DNA of 64,000 nt from Candidatus Bathyarchaeota archaeon. Its GTDB lineage: Archaea > Thermoproteota > Bathyarchaeia > Bathyarchaeales > Bathycorpusculaceae. The notes under the pieces are model-generated. The model saw nothing but the letters and a program-made list of their open reading frames with translations, did not search any database and was not told where the DNA came from. Made by a program: the position numbers and the translations under genes. Positions 10,504-19,606 of this stretch are shown one piece after another. The DNA is taken from positions 352,001-416,000 of the forward strand of contig CAWGZR010000005.1 of NCBI GenBank assembly GCA_963827165.1, in the 5' to 3' direction. Position 1 is the stretch's first letter; each line of letters begins with the position of its first letter.

Positions 10504-10605
10504 GCTTGGCGGGTCACGGTCGAACGAGACGCGGATTGCCAAAGCCTGACAAACAGGTGCTTCTTCTAATTCGCGTCTTGAACTGACAGGAGCGATCCGT
10601 CAAGC
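10504..10605 (+). ncRNA. Candidate structured non-coding RNA (three-stem rod)
   Basis: 10504-10515/10594-10605 (12 bp), 10525-10537/10568-10580 (13 bp) and 10544-10548/10554-10558 (5 bp). Every non-Watson-Crick pair is G-U on the + strand. TATA-like TTTATA at 10443. Confidence 0.55.
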
Positions 10606-10698
10606 CTGCTTTTAGTAACCAACAGCACAAAAAATAACCGTTTTACTGTATATTATTTATTAAGGGTAACATATAATCCTACTTTTCGGGAAACAACT

Positions 10699-11052
10699 TT
10701 GAGCTATAAAGCTAACATGCATCCAACAGTAAGCCAAGCAGAAATGGCCCTATTCAACGAGTTAAGTAAAGCAGGGTTAACCACAGGCATGGTAACTCAG
10801 AAACCAATCATCCTCAAATCAACCATCCCCGATTTCTGCTGGATGAACAAACGCAAGATCGTTTACTTAGACGGAATACAAGTACATTCAAGCGACAAAC
10901 AACAGAAGCGGGACAGCGAAATCGACGAGTTGCTAGAAGCTCAAGGTTGGGAAGTTTTGCGAATACCCTATCAACCGCCTATAACAGCGAAGGGACTAGC
11001 TGAGATGATGAAAAGGATCAAACTGTTCCTAAACGTGGATGAAGAAACATAG
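10699..11052 (+). CDS. DUF559/Vsr-like PD-(D/E)xK endonuclease-domain protein
   Basis: SQAEMAL...Q...IPDF...IVYLDG..H...RD...L..QGWEVLRI pattern. Confidence 0.8.
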   Translation: MSYKANMHPTVSQAEMALFNELSKAGLTTGMVTQKPIILKSTIPDFCWMNKRKIVYLDGIQVHSSDKQQKRDSEIDELLEAQGWEVLRIPYQPPITAKGLAEMMKRIKLFLNVDEET

Positions 11053-11133
11053 CGCACAAAAAAACCGGACTGTTTGCAAAGGAAAGCCACAAAAACCTAT
11101 TTATTTCTTAAAGAACACCCTTTCCGTTCGAAT

Positions 11134-11242
11134 GCTCCGGTAGTATAGTCCGGTCAAACCTTACTAAGACTTCTTATTAAGGGACTAAGTATAGCGGCCT
11201 CTCGAGTCGCGGACCCGGGTCCAAATCCCGGCCGGAGCACCA
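11134..11242 (+). tRNA. tRNA-Glu(CTC) with a 31-nt D-arm intron (11158-11188) and encoded CCA
   Basis: Acceptor GCTCCGG/CCGGAGC, anticodon arm GCGGC-CT-CTC-GA-GTCGC, T arm CCGGG-TCCAAAT-CCCGG. The BHB motif is GGTC/GACT with AAA and AAG bulges. Confidence 0.92.
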
Positions 11243-11289
11243 CATTTTCCTGAAAGTTATCATTTTTGTTCGTGAGGATTTCTAATTGC

Positions 11290-12405
11290 TCACGGTTGCG
11301 CCTTGTTTGTTACCAACGACGAACACTGCTCCTCAACTGTACGATTTAGCGTTAGTTCCGCCATGTTTCGACTATAATCCATTATTCGTCTTGAACTGTC
11401 AAAGATTAGGCGCAGCACCGACGCGACGCTTGGATCCAACTTCTTGCTTGACATAAGCATGACCAATTCATTTTCAAGAGGGGCAAAAGAATCACATTTC
11501 GAAATTAGTTTTTCCGCGTCCTTGTAATCTCTCTTGAAAAGCGCTTTGATCGTGTCATCGTATGACTGCTGAGCTAACGAACTGAAATTAACCAGTTGGT
11601 TGTATACTTCTTCGTCTATTGGATCTTTTACGAAAAGTGTTTCGTCGTCAATCAATTTTTGAAGTGAACCCAAGTTATTTATAATGTTTAAGGCATTTTG
11701 GGCAATGCTTTCAATATCATTTACAGCTATGCGGTATAGAAGGAACTCTTTGGGTGTTCTGAAACCGAGTTCTCGGTAAAGGTTTCGTTCTATGCCATAC
11801 TTGAGTTGGCGGACAACATACAACCCCAGCCTATTCACGTCGTTGTGAGCGTTGATGACCCCGTCAAACAATGCGGTGTTTCGGTCTTTGAGGGCGGCGA
11901 TGGCATCTCTGTTTGCGGAAAGCGCCACAATCGCCATTCTCCTAACGGCTTTTTCAATCGGGAACTCTGAATGTTTTATTAGGATTTGAAGGGTGATTTC
12001 ATCTGACGATTCATCGATGATTTCTGAACCTAGAAAGCTATCTCTGGCTAAAGCTTTTATTTCATTTTTGTATTTGACTGTGTCCTGCGGGTTTTTGATG
12101 TGGACTCTTATTATGTCGGCGCCAATAGCGTACAGAGCTTTTATCATTCTCAGCGTGGACTGTATGGTTTCTCTCGGGTCAATGCTTATGTAGTATTCTT
12201 TGGGTTTAGCTGCGTTGCCTCGGCCCTCTTTTTCCTGGATTTTTCTTGGAACCAGCATCAGTGTTGAATCTGGTTCTATATTGAATGCTATTTCGCTGCC
12301 TCGTTTTAGTTCGAGGTCTTGAACCCATTCTTTAGGTAGGGATATTATGTATGACCCTCGCCCTGTGCATTGGACTCTTCTGTAGCCTAAGTCTTTTTCA
12401 GCCAT
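11290..12405 (-). CDS. AbrB/MazE-domain PhoU-family transcriptional regulator
   Basis: RRVQCTGRGSYIISLPKEWV N-terminus plus two PhoU helical repeats. Start placed at MAEKDL. Confidence 0.85.
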   Translation of the reverse strand: MAEKDLGYRRVQCTGRGSYIISLPKEWVQDLELKRGSEIAFNIEPDSTLMLVPRKIQEKEGRGNAAKPKEYYISIDPRETIQSTLRMIKALYAIGADIIRVHIKNPQDTVKYKNEIKALARDSFLGSEIIDESSDEITLQILIKHSEFPIEKAVRRMAIVALSANRDAIAALKDRNTALFDGVINAHNDVNRLGLYVVRQLKYGIERNLYRELGFRTPKEFLLYRIAVNDIESIAQNALNIINNLGSLQKLIDDETLFVKDPIDEEVYNQLVNFSSLAQQSYDDTIKALFKRDYKDAEKLISKCDSFAPLENELVMLMSSKKLDPSVASVLRLIFDSSRRIMDYSRNMAELTLNRTVEEQCSSLVTNKAQP

Positions 12406-12417
12406 AAACGTCGCCAG

Positions 12418-12494
12418 ATATATGTTTCGTATATGTATCATAGTTCATGAAGTGTCATATAAATGATTAGCATTAAAGTTATATAGAATACATG
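12418..12494. promoter_or_regulatory. Divergent promoter region with repeated (A/G)TATATG-like motifs
   Basis: ATATATG at 12418 and GTATATG at 12429 (11-bp spacing), plus TATATAG at 12480 and ATACATG at 12488. Confidence 0.35.
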
Positions 12495-12533
12495 TTATTT
12501 TAGTGGCTAACCCTTCACACAAGAGTGACAAAA

Positions 12534-12653
12534 ATGGCAGTAAACACCTGCAAAATAATCAACGAACGCAGAAAACAACTTAACATGGTAAACGATGTCC
12601 TATGCACGAACGACGTGGAACTGCACATTTTAATGCTCACTTGTCCACGCTAA
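12534..12653 (+). CDS. Putative 39-aa leader/small protein of the glutamate synthase operon
   Basis: MAVNTCKIINERRKQLNMVNDVLCTNDVELHILMLTCPR*, preceded by an SD-like GAGTGA. It fills the leader between the TATA region and the first gene. Confidence 0.5.
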   Translation: MAVNTCKIINERRKQLNMVNDVLCTNDVELHILMLTCPR

Positions 12654-12679
12654 TAACAAAAGAATTTGAGGTTTAAGTT

Positions 12680-13126
12680 ATGGTCAAAAGAATAATTGCA
12701 AAACAAGAAAACTGCATCGGCTGCGGACTTTGCGAAGTATACTGCACAACCCAACATTCAAAATCAAAAGACATAGTAAAAGCCTACAACAGCGAACGCC
12801 CAAAACCAATAAGCAGAGTAAGAGTAGAACGAAACAAACCAGTCTCATTCGCAATCCAGTGCCGACACTGCGAAGACGCACCATGCGTAATCGCATGCTT
12901 GTCAGGTGCAATGCGCAAAGACCAGAAAACAGGCGAAGTCACCCATGACCAGCAGAAATGCATTGGCTGTTGGACTTGCGTAATGGTTTGCCCATACGGC
13001 GCCATAATAATGGATAAAGAAGGTCACGTAGTCGCTAAATGCGATCTATGCCAAGGATTCGAGCAACCCGCATGCGTAGCCAACTGCCCCAACGAAGCAT
13101 TAATTTTCAAAGAGGCGAAACCCTAA
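12680..13126 (+). CDS. 4Fe-4S dicluster (DmsB/CooF-like) electron-transfer protein
   Basis: CIGCGLCEVYC, CRHCEDAPCVIAC, CIGCWTCVMVCPYG and KCDLC...PACVANCP. Confidence 0.9.
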   Translation: MVKRIIAKQENCIGCGLCEVYCTTQHSKSKDIVKAYNSERPKPISRVRVERNKPVSFAIQCRHCEDAPCVIACLSGAMRKDQKTGEVTHDQQKCIGCWTCVMVCPYGAIIMDKEGHVVAKCDLCQGFEQPACVANCPNEALIFKEAKP

Positions 13127-14407
13127 ATGGTAAAATACGTGATAATAGGCGCCTCTGCGGCAGGCATAGGCGCAGTTGAAGCCATACGAGAAGTAGACCC
13201 CACGGGAACCCTTACAGTGATAACCGATGAGTCATGCTCCCACTACAGTCGCCCCATGATAAGCGACTTCGTTAGCGGCAAAGCGGACCTAAAAAAAGTT
13301 GATTGCCGAAACGAGGATTTTTGGAAAGAAAATAAAGTGGACGTAATCTTAGGAAAAAAAGTTGCCGAGATAAAGTTCGACGAAAAAGCTGTCACGCTTG
13401 AAAGCGGCGAAAAAGTTCAGTTTGAAAAGCTGCTTCTTGCGACAGGCGGCAAACCTTTCGTTCCAAAGACTGAAGGCTCAGAGAAAGACGGCGTTTTCAC
13501 GTTCACAACCATAGGGGACGCCCAGCGGATTGCAACCAAAATTGAGGCGATTAACGCAAAGACGGCAGTAGTAATCGGCGGAGGGCTCATCGGCATAAGC
13601 GTAACGGAAGCCCTTCTTAAACGCGGCTTAAAGGTTACGATGGTTGAGTTACAAGACAAGATCCTCAGCTTACTCTTGGACCCTAAGGGCTCAGATATTA
13701 TGGAAGCTGCTGTTCGGAAAGCAGGCGTCAACGTTGTCACTGGTCAATCGGTTCAGAAAATCCTAGGGAAATCAGGCAATGACGGCGCAGTTGGAGGAGT
13801 TCTCTTAACTAAAGGCGAGCAGGTACAATGCGACCTCGTCATAATGGCCATCGGCGTTATTCCACGCACAGAACTTGTTGCCGGAACCGCTGTAAAGACA
13901 AACAGGGGAATCGTGGTGGACAACATGATGCAGACAAATGTTCCCGACGTGTTTGCCAGTGGCGACGTCGCGGAGGCTTATGACTTCATCATTAACCAGA
14001 ACCGAACTTTGCCTCTTTGGCCTCTAGCGGTTTTGGAAGGAAAGGTAGCAGGCTACAATATGGCAGGCAAAAAAGCCACTTATGCAGGTGGCACAAACAT
14101 GAGTAGCCTCAAGTACTTCGGAGTTCCCGTCGTTTCCGTAGGCTTAGCTAACCCAAAAGAAGACCCAACACTGGAAATTCTTGTCAAAATCGATCTTGAG
14201 CGCAACGTATACAAAAAGTTAGTTCTCAGAAACGACTTTATCGTCGGTATGACTCTTGTGAACTCGATTGAACGGGCAGGAATTCTTTTCTACTTAATGA
14301 AGAACGCGATAAACGTAAAGAAATTCAAGCAGCAGCTTCTTGTAGACAACTTCAGCTGGGCAGCCCTCCCAACTAATCTGCAGAAAAAAATGAAGGTCGT
14401 GCAGTAA
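13127..14407 (+). CDS. FAD/NAD(P)-dependent oxidoreductase (NirB-N/rubredoxin reductase-like)
   Basis: IIGASAAG, LLLATGG, VIGGGLIG and TNVPDVFASGD. Confidence 0.88.
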   Translation: MVKYVIIGASAAGIGAVEAIREVDPTGTLTVITDESCSHYSRPMISDFVSGKADLKKVDCRNEDFWKENKVDVILGKKVAEIKFDEKAVTLESGEKVQFEKLLLATGGKPFVPKTEGSEKDGVFTFTTIGDAQRIATKIEAINAKTAVVIGGGLIGISVTEALLKRGLKVTMVELQDKILSLLLDPKGSDIMEAAVRKAGVNVVTGQSVQKILGKSGNDGAVGGVLLTKGEQVQCDLVIMAIGVIPRTELVAGTAVKTNRGIVVDNMMQTNVPDVFASGDVAEAYDFIINQNRTLPLWPLAVLEGKVAGYNMAGKKATYAGGTNMSSLKYFGVPVVSVGLANPKEDPTLEILVKIDLERNVYKKLVLRNDFIVGMTLVNSIERAGILFYLMKNAINVKKFKQQLLVDNFSWAALPTNLQKKMKVVQ

Positions 14408-14408
14408 A

Positions 14409-15551
14409 ATGAACTTTCAAGACCAAAAAATAATCAATCCCTTTGGCGACGACAAAGACTTCTCAGGATGCGCCATCTTCGCTATGATGAACACAGAACG
14501 CAAACGTTTCAGTTCAAAGGACCCCGTGCGGGCGATAAAGAATATGCATGACCGCGGCAACGGCTTAGGCGGCGGCTTCGCGGTATACGGCGTATACCCA
14601 GACTTCAGAGACTACTACGCATTTCACATAATGTACTTAGCCAGAGACGCAAAAGAACAAACCGAGCGCATCCTCGCATCGAAATTTGACATGATATATG
14701 ACGAGGAAATGCAGACAAAGCCAGCTGACGTTCATAACCCACCTCTGGTTTGGCGATACTTCGTTCAACCCAAGAAAATCAGACCTGAAAACCAATCTGA
14801 AGCAGACTACGTCATTGAAACCGTTATGCGTATTAACTCAGAAACAGGGAAGGCGTTCGTTTTCTCAAGCGGCAAAGATATGGGAGTATTCAAAGGCGTC
14901 GGCTTCCCAGAAGACGTAGCAGAATTCTTCTGCCTTGAGGATTACCAGGGGTACCTTTGGTCATGCCACAGTCGGTTCCCAACAAACACCCCCGGCTGGT
15001 GGGGAGGAGCACATCCATTCAACATACTGGACTGGACAGTTATCCATAACGGTGAGCTCTCATCGTACGGCATAAACCGACGATACCTGGAAATGTACGG
15101 TTACAAATGCACCATGCAAACAGACACCGAAGTGCTCGCCTACGCGGTGGATTTGCTTATGCGTAGACAAAACATGCCGATTGAACTTGTAGCCCAAATC
15201 TTAGCCGCACCACTCTGGGATGAAATCGATCAGATGAAACCCAAAGAAGCAGAGCTCCTAAGAAGTCTGCGTCAAACCTACGGCAGCCTACTGATGAATG
15301 GGCCATTTAGTATAGTTGTGGCGCACCATGGCGAAATGATCGGGTTAACAGACAGAATCAAGCTTCGACCTTTGGTCGCGGGCACAAACGGAGACTATAC
15401 CTATCTGTCATCGGAGGAATCAGCTATGCGGTTGGTTTCCCCACAGCTTGACAAGTTCTGGGCGCCAAGAGGCGGAGAACCAGTCGTTTGCAGACTCAAA
15501 AACAGTAATGCCCAAACAGTTCAAGTTTTAGAAGGAGGACAAACAAAATGA
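14409..15551 (+). CDS. Glutamate synthase class II amidotransferase subunit (GltB1-type)
   Basis: GCAIF (Ntn Cys after a short propeptide), HDRGNGLGGGF, HSRFPTNT, AHPF, HNGE, DTE and DRIKLRP. Confidence 0.9.
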   Translation: MNFQDQKIINPFGDDKDFSGCAIFAMMNTERKRFSSKDPVRAIKNMHDRGNGLGGGFAVYGVYPDFRDYYAFHIMYLARDAKEQTERILASKFDMIYDEEMQTKPADVHNPPLVWRYFVQPKKIRPENQSEADYVIETVMRINSETGKAFVFSSGKDMGVFKGVGFPEDVAEFFCLEDYQGYLWSCHSRFPTNTPGWWGGAHPFNILDWTVIHNGELSSYGINRRYLEMYGYKCTMQTDTEVLAYAVDLLMRRQNMPIELVAQILAAPLWDEIDQMKPKEAELLRSLRQTYGSLLMNGPFSIVVAHHGEMIGLTDRIKLRPLVAGTNGDYTYLSSEESAMRLVSPQLDKFWAPRGGEPVVCRLKNSNAQTVQVLEGGQTK

Positions 15552-17059
15552 AAACTTACGTGATTCCCGAGTATATTGTTGAACGGGACCAAAACCGTTG
15601 CATTCGCTGCAAGGTATGCGTTAACCAATGCACTTACGATACCCACTCTTACGATGAAGAAACAGATTCAATCTGTAGCAAAGAAGAAAACTGCGTTAAC
15701 TGCCAACGCTGCGTAACCTTCTGCCCCACACATGCAATTACAATTAGAAAGAACCCTAACGTTAACCGAGAAAACGCTAACTGGACCTTTGAGGCCATAC
15801 GGGACGTGAAAAAGCAAGCTGAAAATGGAGCGGTAATCCTAACAGGCATGGGCAATGATAAACCATACTACACATACTGGGATCGACTGCTACTAAACGC
15901 CAGCCAAGTTACTAACCCTTCTATTGACCCTCTGCGTGAACCCATGGAGATCAGAACATACCTTGGCGCCAAACCAGACAAACTCGAGTTAGAGATGGAA
16001 AACGGCGAACCAGTCCTCAAAACAAAGCTTACCCCGCAACTCTGCCTCGACACCCCAATAATGTTCTCAGCTATGTCTTACGGTGCCATCAGCCTAAATG
16101 TCCATGAATCCTTAGCGCGGGCAGCTACCGAATGCGGCACATACTTTAACACTGGAGAAGGTGGCTTAGACCAAAGCCTCTACAAATACGGAGCCCACGC
16201 CATCGTGCAAGTTGCGTCGGGCCGATTCGGAGTTCACCCCAAATACCTTAACGCAGGCGCAGCCGTGGAAATTAAGATTGGCCAAGGCGCAAAACCAGGC
16301 ATAGGCGGACATTTACCGGGAGAAAAAGTAACTGAACATGTTGCAAGAACACGCATGATTCCAACCGGAACAGATGCACTTTCACCCTATCCTCAACACG
16401 ATATATACTCAATCGAAGACCTACGCCAACTAATCTACGCTCTGAAAGAAGCTACAAATTACACCAAACCCATCTCAGTCAAAATCGCTGCAGTTCACAA
16501 CGCAGCAGCAATCGCAAGCGGCATGGTTCGCGCAGGAGCCGACATCATCGCCCTCGACGGTGTGAGAGGTGCAACTGGCGCAGCGCCCAAAATCATCCGA
16601 GACAACGTAGGCATACCAATTGAATTAGCTATTGCACAGGTAGATCAGCGACTTCGCGAAGAAGGCATCCGTAACCGTGCATCCGTAGTTGCGGCAGGCG
16701 GCTTCAGAAGCAGTGCTGACGTTTTCAAAGCCATAGCGCTAGGAGCAGACGCCGTATACATTGCAACTGCAGCTTTGATAGCTATGGGCTGCACCGTTTG
16801 TCAACGCTGCCACACAGGCAAATGCCCGTGGGGTATCGCGACAAGTGACCCATGGATCAGCAAACGAATAAACCCAGACATCGCGTCAAAACGACTCGTG
16901 AACCTGCTTAACAGTTGGAGCGTTGAGATCAAAGACATGATGGGCGGCATGGGAATAAACGCGATTGAAAGTCTTCGAGGGAACCGACTTGCACTCAGAG
17001 GCGTCGGGTTAAGCCGAACGGAACTGAAAATTTTAGGCGTGAAAATGGCCGGAGAGTAG
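15548..17059 (+). CDS. Glutamate synthase FMN-binding subunit with N-terminal 2x[4Fe-4S] (GltB2-type)
   Basis: AMSYGA, NTGEGG, QVASGRFG, EIKIGQGAKPGIGGHLPGEKV and CTVCQRCHTGKCPWGIAT. Confidence 0.95.
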   Translation: MKTYVIPEYIVERDQNRCIRCKVCVNQCTYDTHSYDEETDSICSKEENCVNCQRCVTFCPTHAITIRKNPNVNRENANWTFEAIRDVKKQAENGAVILTGMGNDKPYYTYWDRLLLNASQVTNPSIDPLREPMEIRTYLGAKPDKLELEMENGEPVLKTKLTPQLCLDTPIMFSAMSYGAISLNVHESLARAATECGTYFNTGEGGLDQSLYKYGAHAIVQVASGRFGVHPKYLNAGAAVEIKIGQGAKPGIGGHLPGEKVTEHVARTRMIPTGTDALSPYPQHDIYSIEDLRQLIYALKEATNYTKPISVKIAAVHNAAAIASGMVRAGADIIALDGVRGATGAAPKIIRDNVGIPIELAIAQVDQRLREEGIRNRASVVAAGGFRSSADVFKAIALGADAVYIATAALIAMGCTVCQRCHTGKCPWGIATSDPWISKRINPDIASKRLVNLLNSWSVEIKDMMGGMGINAIESLRGNRLALRGVGLSRTELKILGVKMAGE

Positions 17060-17067
17060 AAAAAAAT

Positions 17068-17868
17068 ATGCTTGAACAAAAAGAAAAAGTGGAAATCGAC
17101 ACAAAATACCTTGACTGCATAAAGCAAGAGGGCAATATGTTGCAAATCAACGCTGAAGGAATGCACTATAGGGACTTAAACGCGCTGCTCAGACAGGCAA
17201 TCCACTTGAGTGTAGAGCGAATCGAAGTACACAATGTCTGCGGCCAACGGTATATTGGCACCGACCTTGATACAAACATGCAAATCGACATTTACGGAAC
17301 CCCAGGAAACGATCTCGGAGCCTTCATGAACGGACCCAAACTCGTGATCCACGGCAACGGACAAGACGGTTCAGGCAACACAATGAACGATGGACAAATC
17401 ATCATTCATGGACACGCCGGAGACGTAACAGGAAACTCGATGAGAGGCGGAAAAATCTTTGTTCGAGACTACGTCGGTTATAGAGTCGGCATCCACATGA
17501 AAGAATACAAAACCAAAATTCCACAAATAGTCATCGGGCAAACTGCAGGCGACTTCCTAGCAGAGTACATGGCGGGCGGAGTAATGGTTATCCTAGGCTT
17601 GAACCTTAAAGAAGGCGAAAAATGCAAAGCCAGATTCGTCGGAACAGGAATGCATGGCGGAGTCATCTATGAACGTGGAGAAATCTTAGAACCAGTCAAC
17701 GGAACTAAAACGCTGGACGCTGGAAAACGCGACCTCAAAACGATCGAAGCCCTCGTCAAAGAATACTGCGGCCACTTCGGCGCCGACCCCAACCAAATCA
17801 TGGCGCATAAATTCAAAAAGATAATGCCGGTTTCAAAGAGACCATACGAGAAATTATTCTCGCATTAA
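17068..17868 (+). CDS. Glutamate synthase GXGXG beta-helix subunit (GltB3-type)
   Basis: GQRYIG, GTPGNDLGAFM, AGDFLAEYMAGG and GTGMHGG. Confidence 0.92.
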   Translation: MLEQKEKVEIDTKYLDCIKQEGNMLQINAEGMHYRDLNALLRQAIHLSVERIEVHNVCGQRYIGTDLDTNMQIDIYGTPGNDLGAFMNGPKLVIHGNGQDGSGNTMNDGQIIIHGHAGDVTGNSMRGGKIFVRDYVGYRVGIHMKEYKTKIPQIVIGQTAGDFLAEYMAGGVMVILGLNLKEGEKCKARFVGTGMHGGVIYERGEILEPVNGTKTLDAGKRDLKTIEALVKEYCGHFGADPNQIMAHKFKKIMPVSKRPYEKLFSH

Positions 17869-17914
17869 CCCTTTTCCAAAATATTGGAAGAAACATTTTT
17901 TCTTTTCTAGTTCA

Positions 17915-18454
17915 CTATTTTTCGCTGTAAAGGTCAATTCCAATGTTTTTGACTAGTTGCTTTACATCTTCTTTGCTCATCCATTCGATCTGCAAATAAC
18001 CAAGGATTCGCTCGTTGCTCAAACCCAGCCTTTTGGCCTCTTGCACTGTGTACCGATAAGCTTCGACTTCGGTCGGTCTATCCACATAATCGTATCCAAG
18101 CTTGAACAACTCTTGCCCCGCTAGATGCTGCTTAACATGGCAAAGTTCATGAACGACGTCGAGGTAGATGTCGGTTTTGTTGCCGTTGTTTAGGTAGGAT
18201 TTGTTGACCATTAAGTGTCCGTCGTTGTCGTTGACCCCCATGTAACCGAACCAGGTGAATTCGACCCGTAAATTCTTCAGTACCTCGTCGGTCTTATCAC
18301 CGAAGATACCTCTCACTGCCTGAGATTTTTCAAATCCCTTAAAATAATTCAGAAACATGCCGCTTGAAGTGCCTAAGCGAAGTATCCCTGTTAGCCGCAG
18401 CTTCCTCGTTAGCCTGAACATGGTCCAAGCGAAGTATTCCATCCATGAAGCCAT
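17915..18454 (-). CDS. Small zincin-like metallopeptidase-domain protein
   Basis: VVHELCHVKQH (HExxH) and downstream PTEVEAY. SD AGGAGG upstream of MASWMEY. Confidence 0.7.
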   Translation of the reverse strand: MASWMEYFAWTMFRLTRKLRLTGILRLGTSSGMFLNYFKGFEKSQAVRGIFGDKTDEVLKNLRVEFTWFGYMGVNDNDGHLMVNKSYLNNGNKTDIYLDVVHELCHVKQHLAGQELFKLGYDYVDRPTEVEAYRYTVQEAKRLGLSNERILGYLQIEWMSKEDVKQLVKNIGIDLYSEK

Positions 18455-18763
18455 TTCCTCGCCTCCTTTCCCAATATGCAGAAGCAGTATTTGAACGCTG
18501 ACAAACTTGAGCAAAGCGCTGAATGTGACGATGATGGAAACGATATAGTCCTGAGGATAAAATTATTAAACTCAACACCAGAGAAGAAAAAGGCGTGAAA
18601 CGATGCGACCCGAAGACGCAAGAACCAGAATTGAATACTGTAGTTTTCTGTCCTCTCAAATCGTAAAGTTAGAACTCAAGCTGCCAGAGTGGCCTGCACA
18701 AAACATGTTCAATAGCCTCAACAGCAACATGCGGTTTGAACTTTGTTTTGAATTGGTCCCCTG

Positions 18764-19483
18764 TCAAGCGCCCATGAAGTCGGTTAAAGTCAAGTTTTCA
18801 GACGGAAGTTCAGCAGTGCCTAACATAAAGGACGGATGCTTCTCCAACGTTACTTCCCGCGTATACAGGGTTTTGCTGAAAGATAAAACGGTACTCGCCT
18901 TGGCACAGGTCATTTCTTGAAGTAAAATGTTTCTTTGGCTTTCAGAGTGGGGGAGGTAAGTTGCGACGACAACAATTTGGTGCTTCCGTGCGAAGCTTGA
19001 AAGGTAACTGACGATTTGACTGTAAACCCTCTGCGCCTCTTCATTTGCGACATCGTTGTCTAAGAAGAACCCAGCGATGTCGGAAATCACAAGGAGTTTA
19101 GCATTGTATTGTTTTACGGTTTCTTCAAGCTTGTCAAGTATAAGGGAGGTCAACTGGTAAGCGGTGAATGCTCTTGATATAAATATGCGTTCGAGAACTC
19201 CCCGCGGGTCAAGCTGGTGAAGCTGAGCTAAACGGGCAATCTTGTAGAGGCTAAACGTGTTTCCGCCGTCGATGAAAACAACGTTGCTTCCTAAGCCGCC
19301 AAGCTGCGTTGGCAACTGCGCGCGAATGCAAAGTAGAGAAGTCATCGAAATAACTGATGGTGACCCGTAAAGGACCGCGAAGTCGCCTGGAGCAAATCCG
19401 GGGAAAAGCTCATCTACACTGGGCATATCCAGAGAAAACAGCGGCTGCGCCATCACAGGCCTAGCCATTAAATTTTGAGTCAT
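18764..19483 (-). CDS. RecA/RadA-fold protein with degenerate Walker A (PolB2-operon aRadC/ImuA-like)
   Basis: VFIDGGNTF, IFISRAFTAYQL and LLVISD. Walker A reads YGSPSVISM, with no GKT. Confidence 0.8.
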   Translation of the reverse strand: MTQNLMARPVMAQPLFSLDMPSVDELFPGFAPGDFAVLYGSPSVISMTSLLCIRAQLPTQLGGLGSNVVFIDGGNTFSLYKIARLAQLHQLDPRGVLERIFISRAFTAYQLTSLILDKLEETVKQYNAKLLVISDIAGFFLDNDVANEEAQRVYSQIVSYLSSFARKHQIVVVATYLPHSESQRNILLQEMTCAKASTVLSFSKTLYTREVTLEKHPSFMLGTAELPSENLTLTDFMGA

Positions 19484-19606
19484 TTCACTTTTGCACTCCT
19501 ATCCATGGAAGGCACTACGAAGTTTAACCCTTTTTAAAGCATCGTTCAAACGACAGCGTGGCACAGAGGAGGGTGCACTGAAAATGAAAAGCGAAAAACG
19601 GGGGGT

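Noticed and set aside
10404-10586. 60-aa ORF over the hairpin
   Set aside because: It is not protein-like, and the G-U-biased pairing is better explained by an RNA.
18476-18598. 40-aa plus-strand ORF and C/D-box-like words (CTGA, ATGATG)
   Set aside because: The ORF overlaps the promoter region of the divergent gene. There is no good 5' C box or identifiable guide target.
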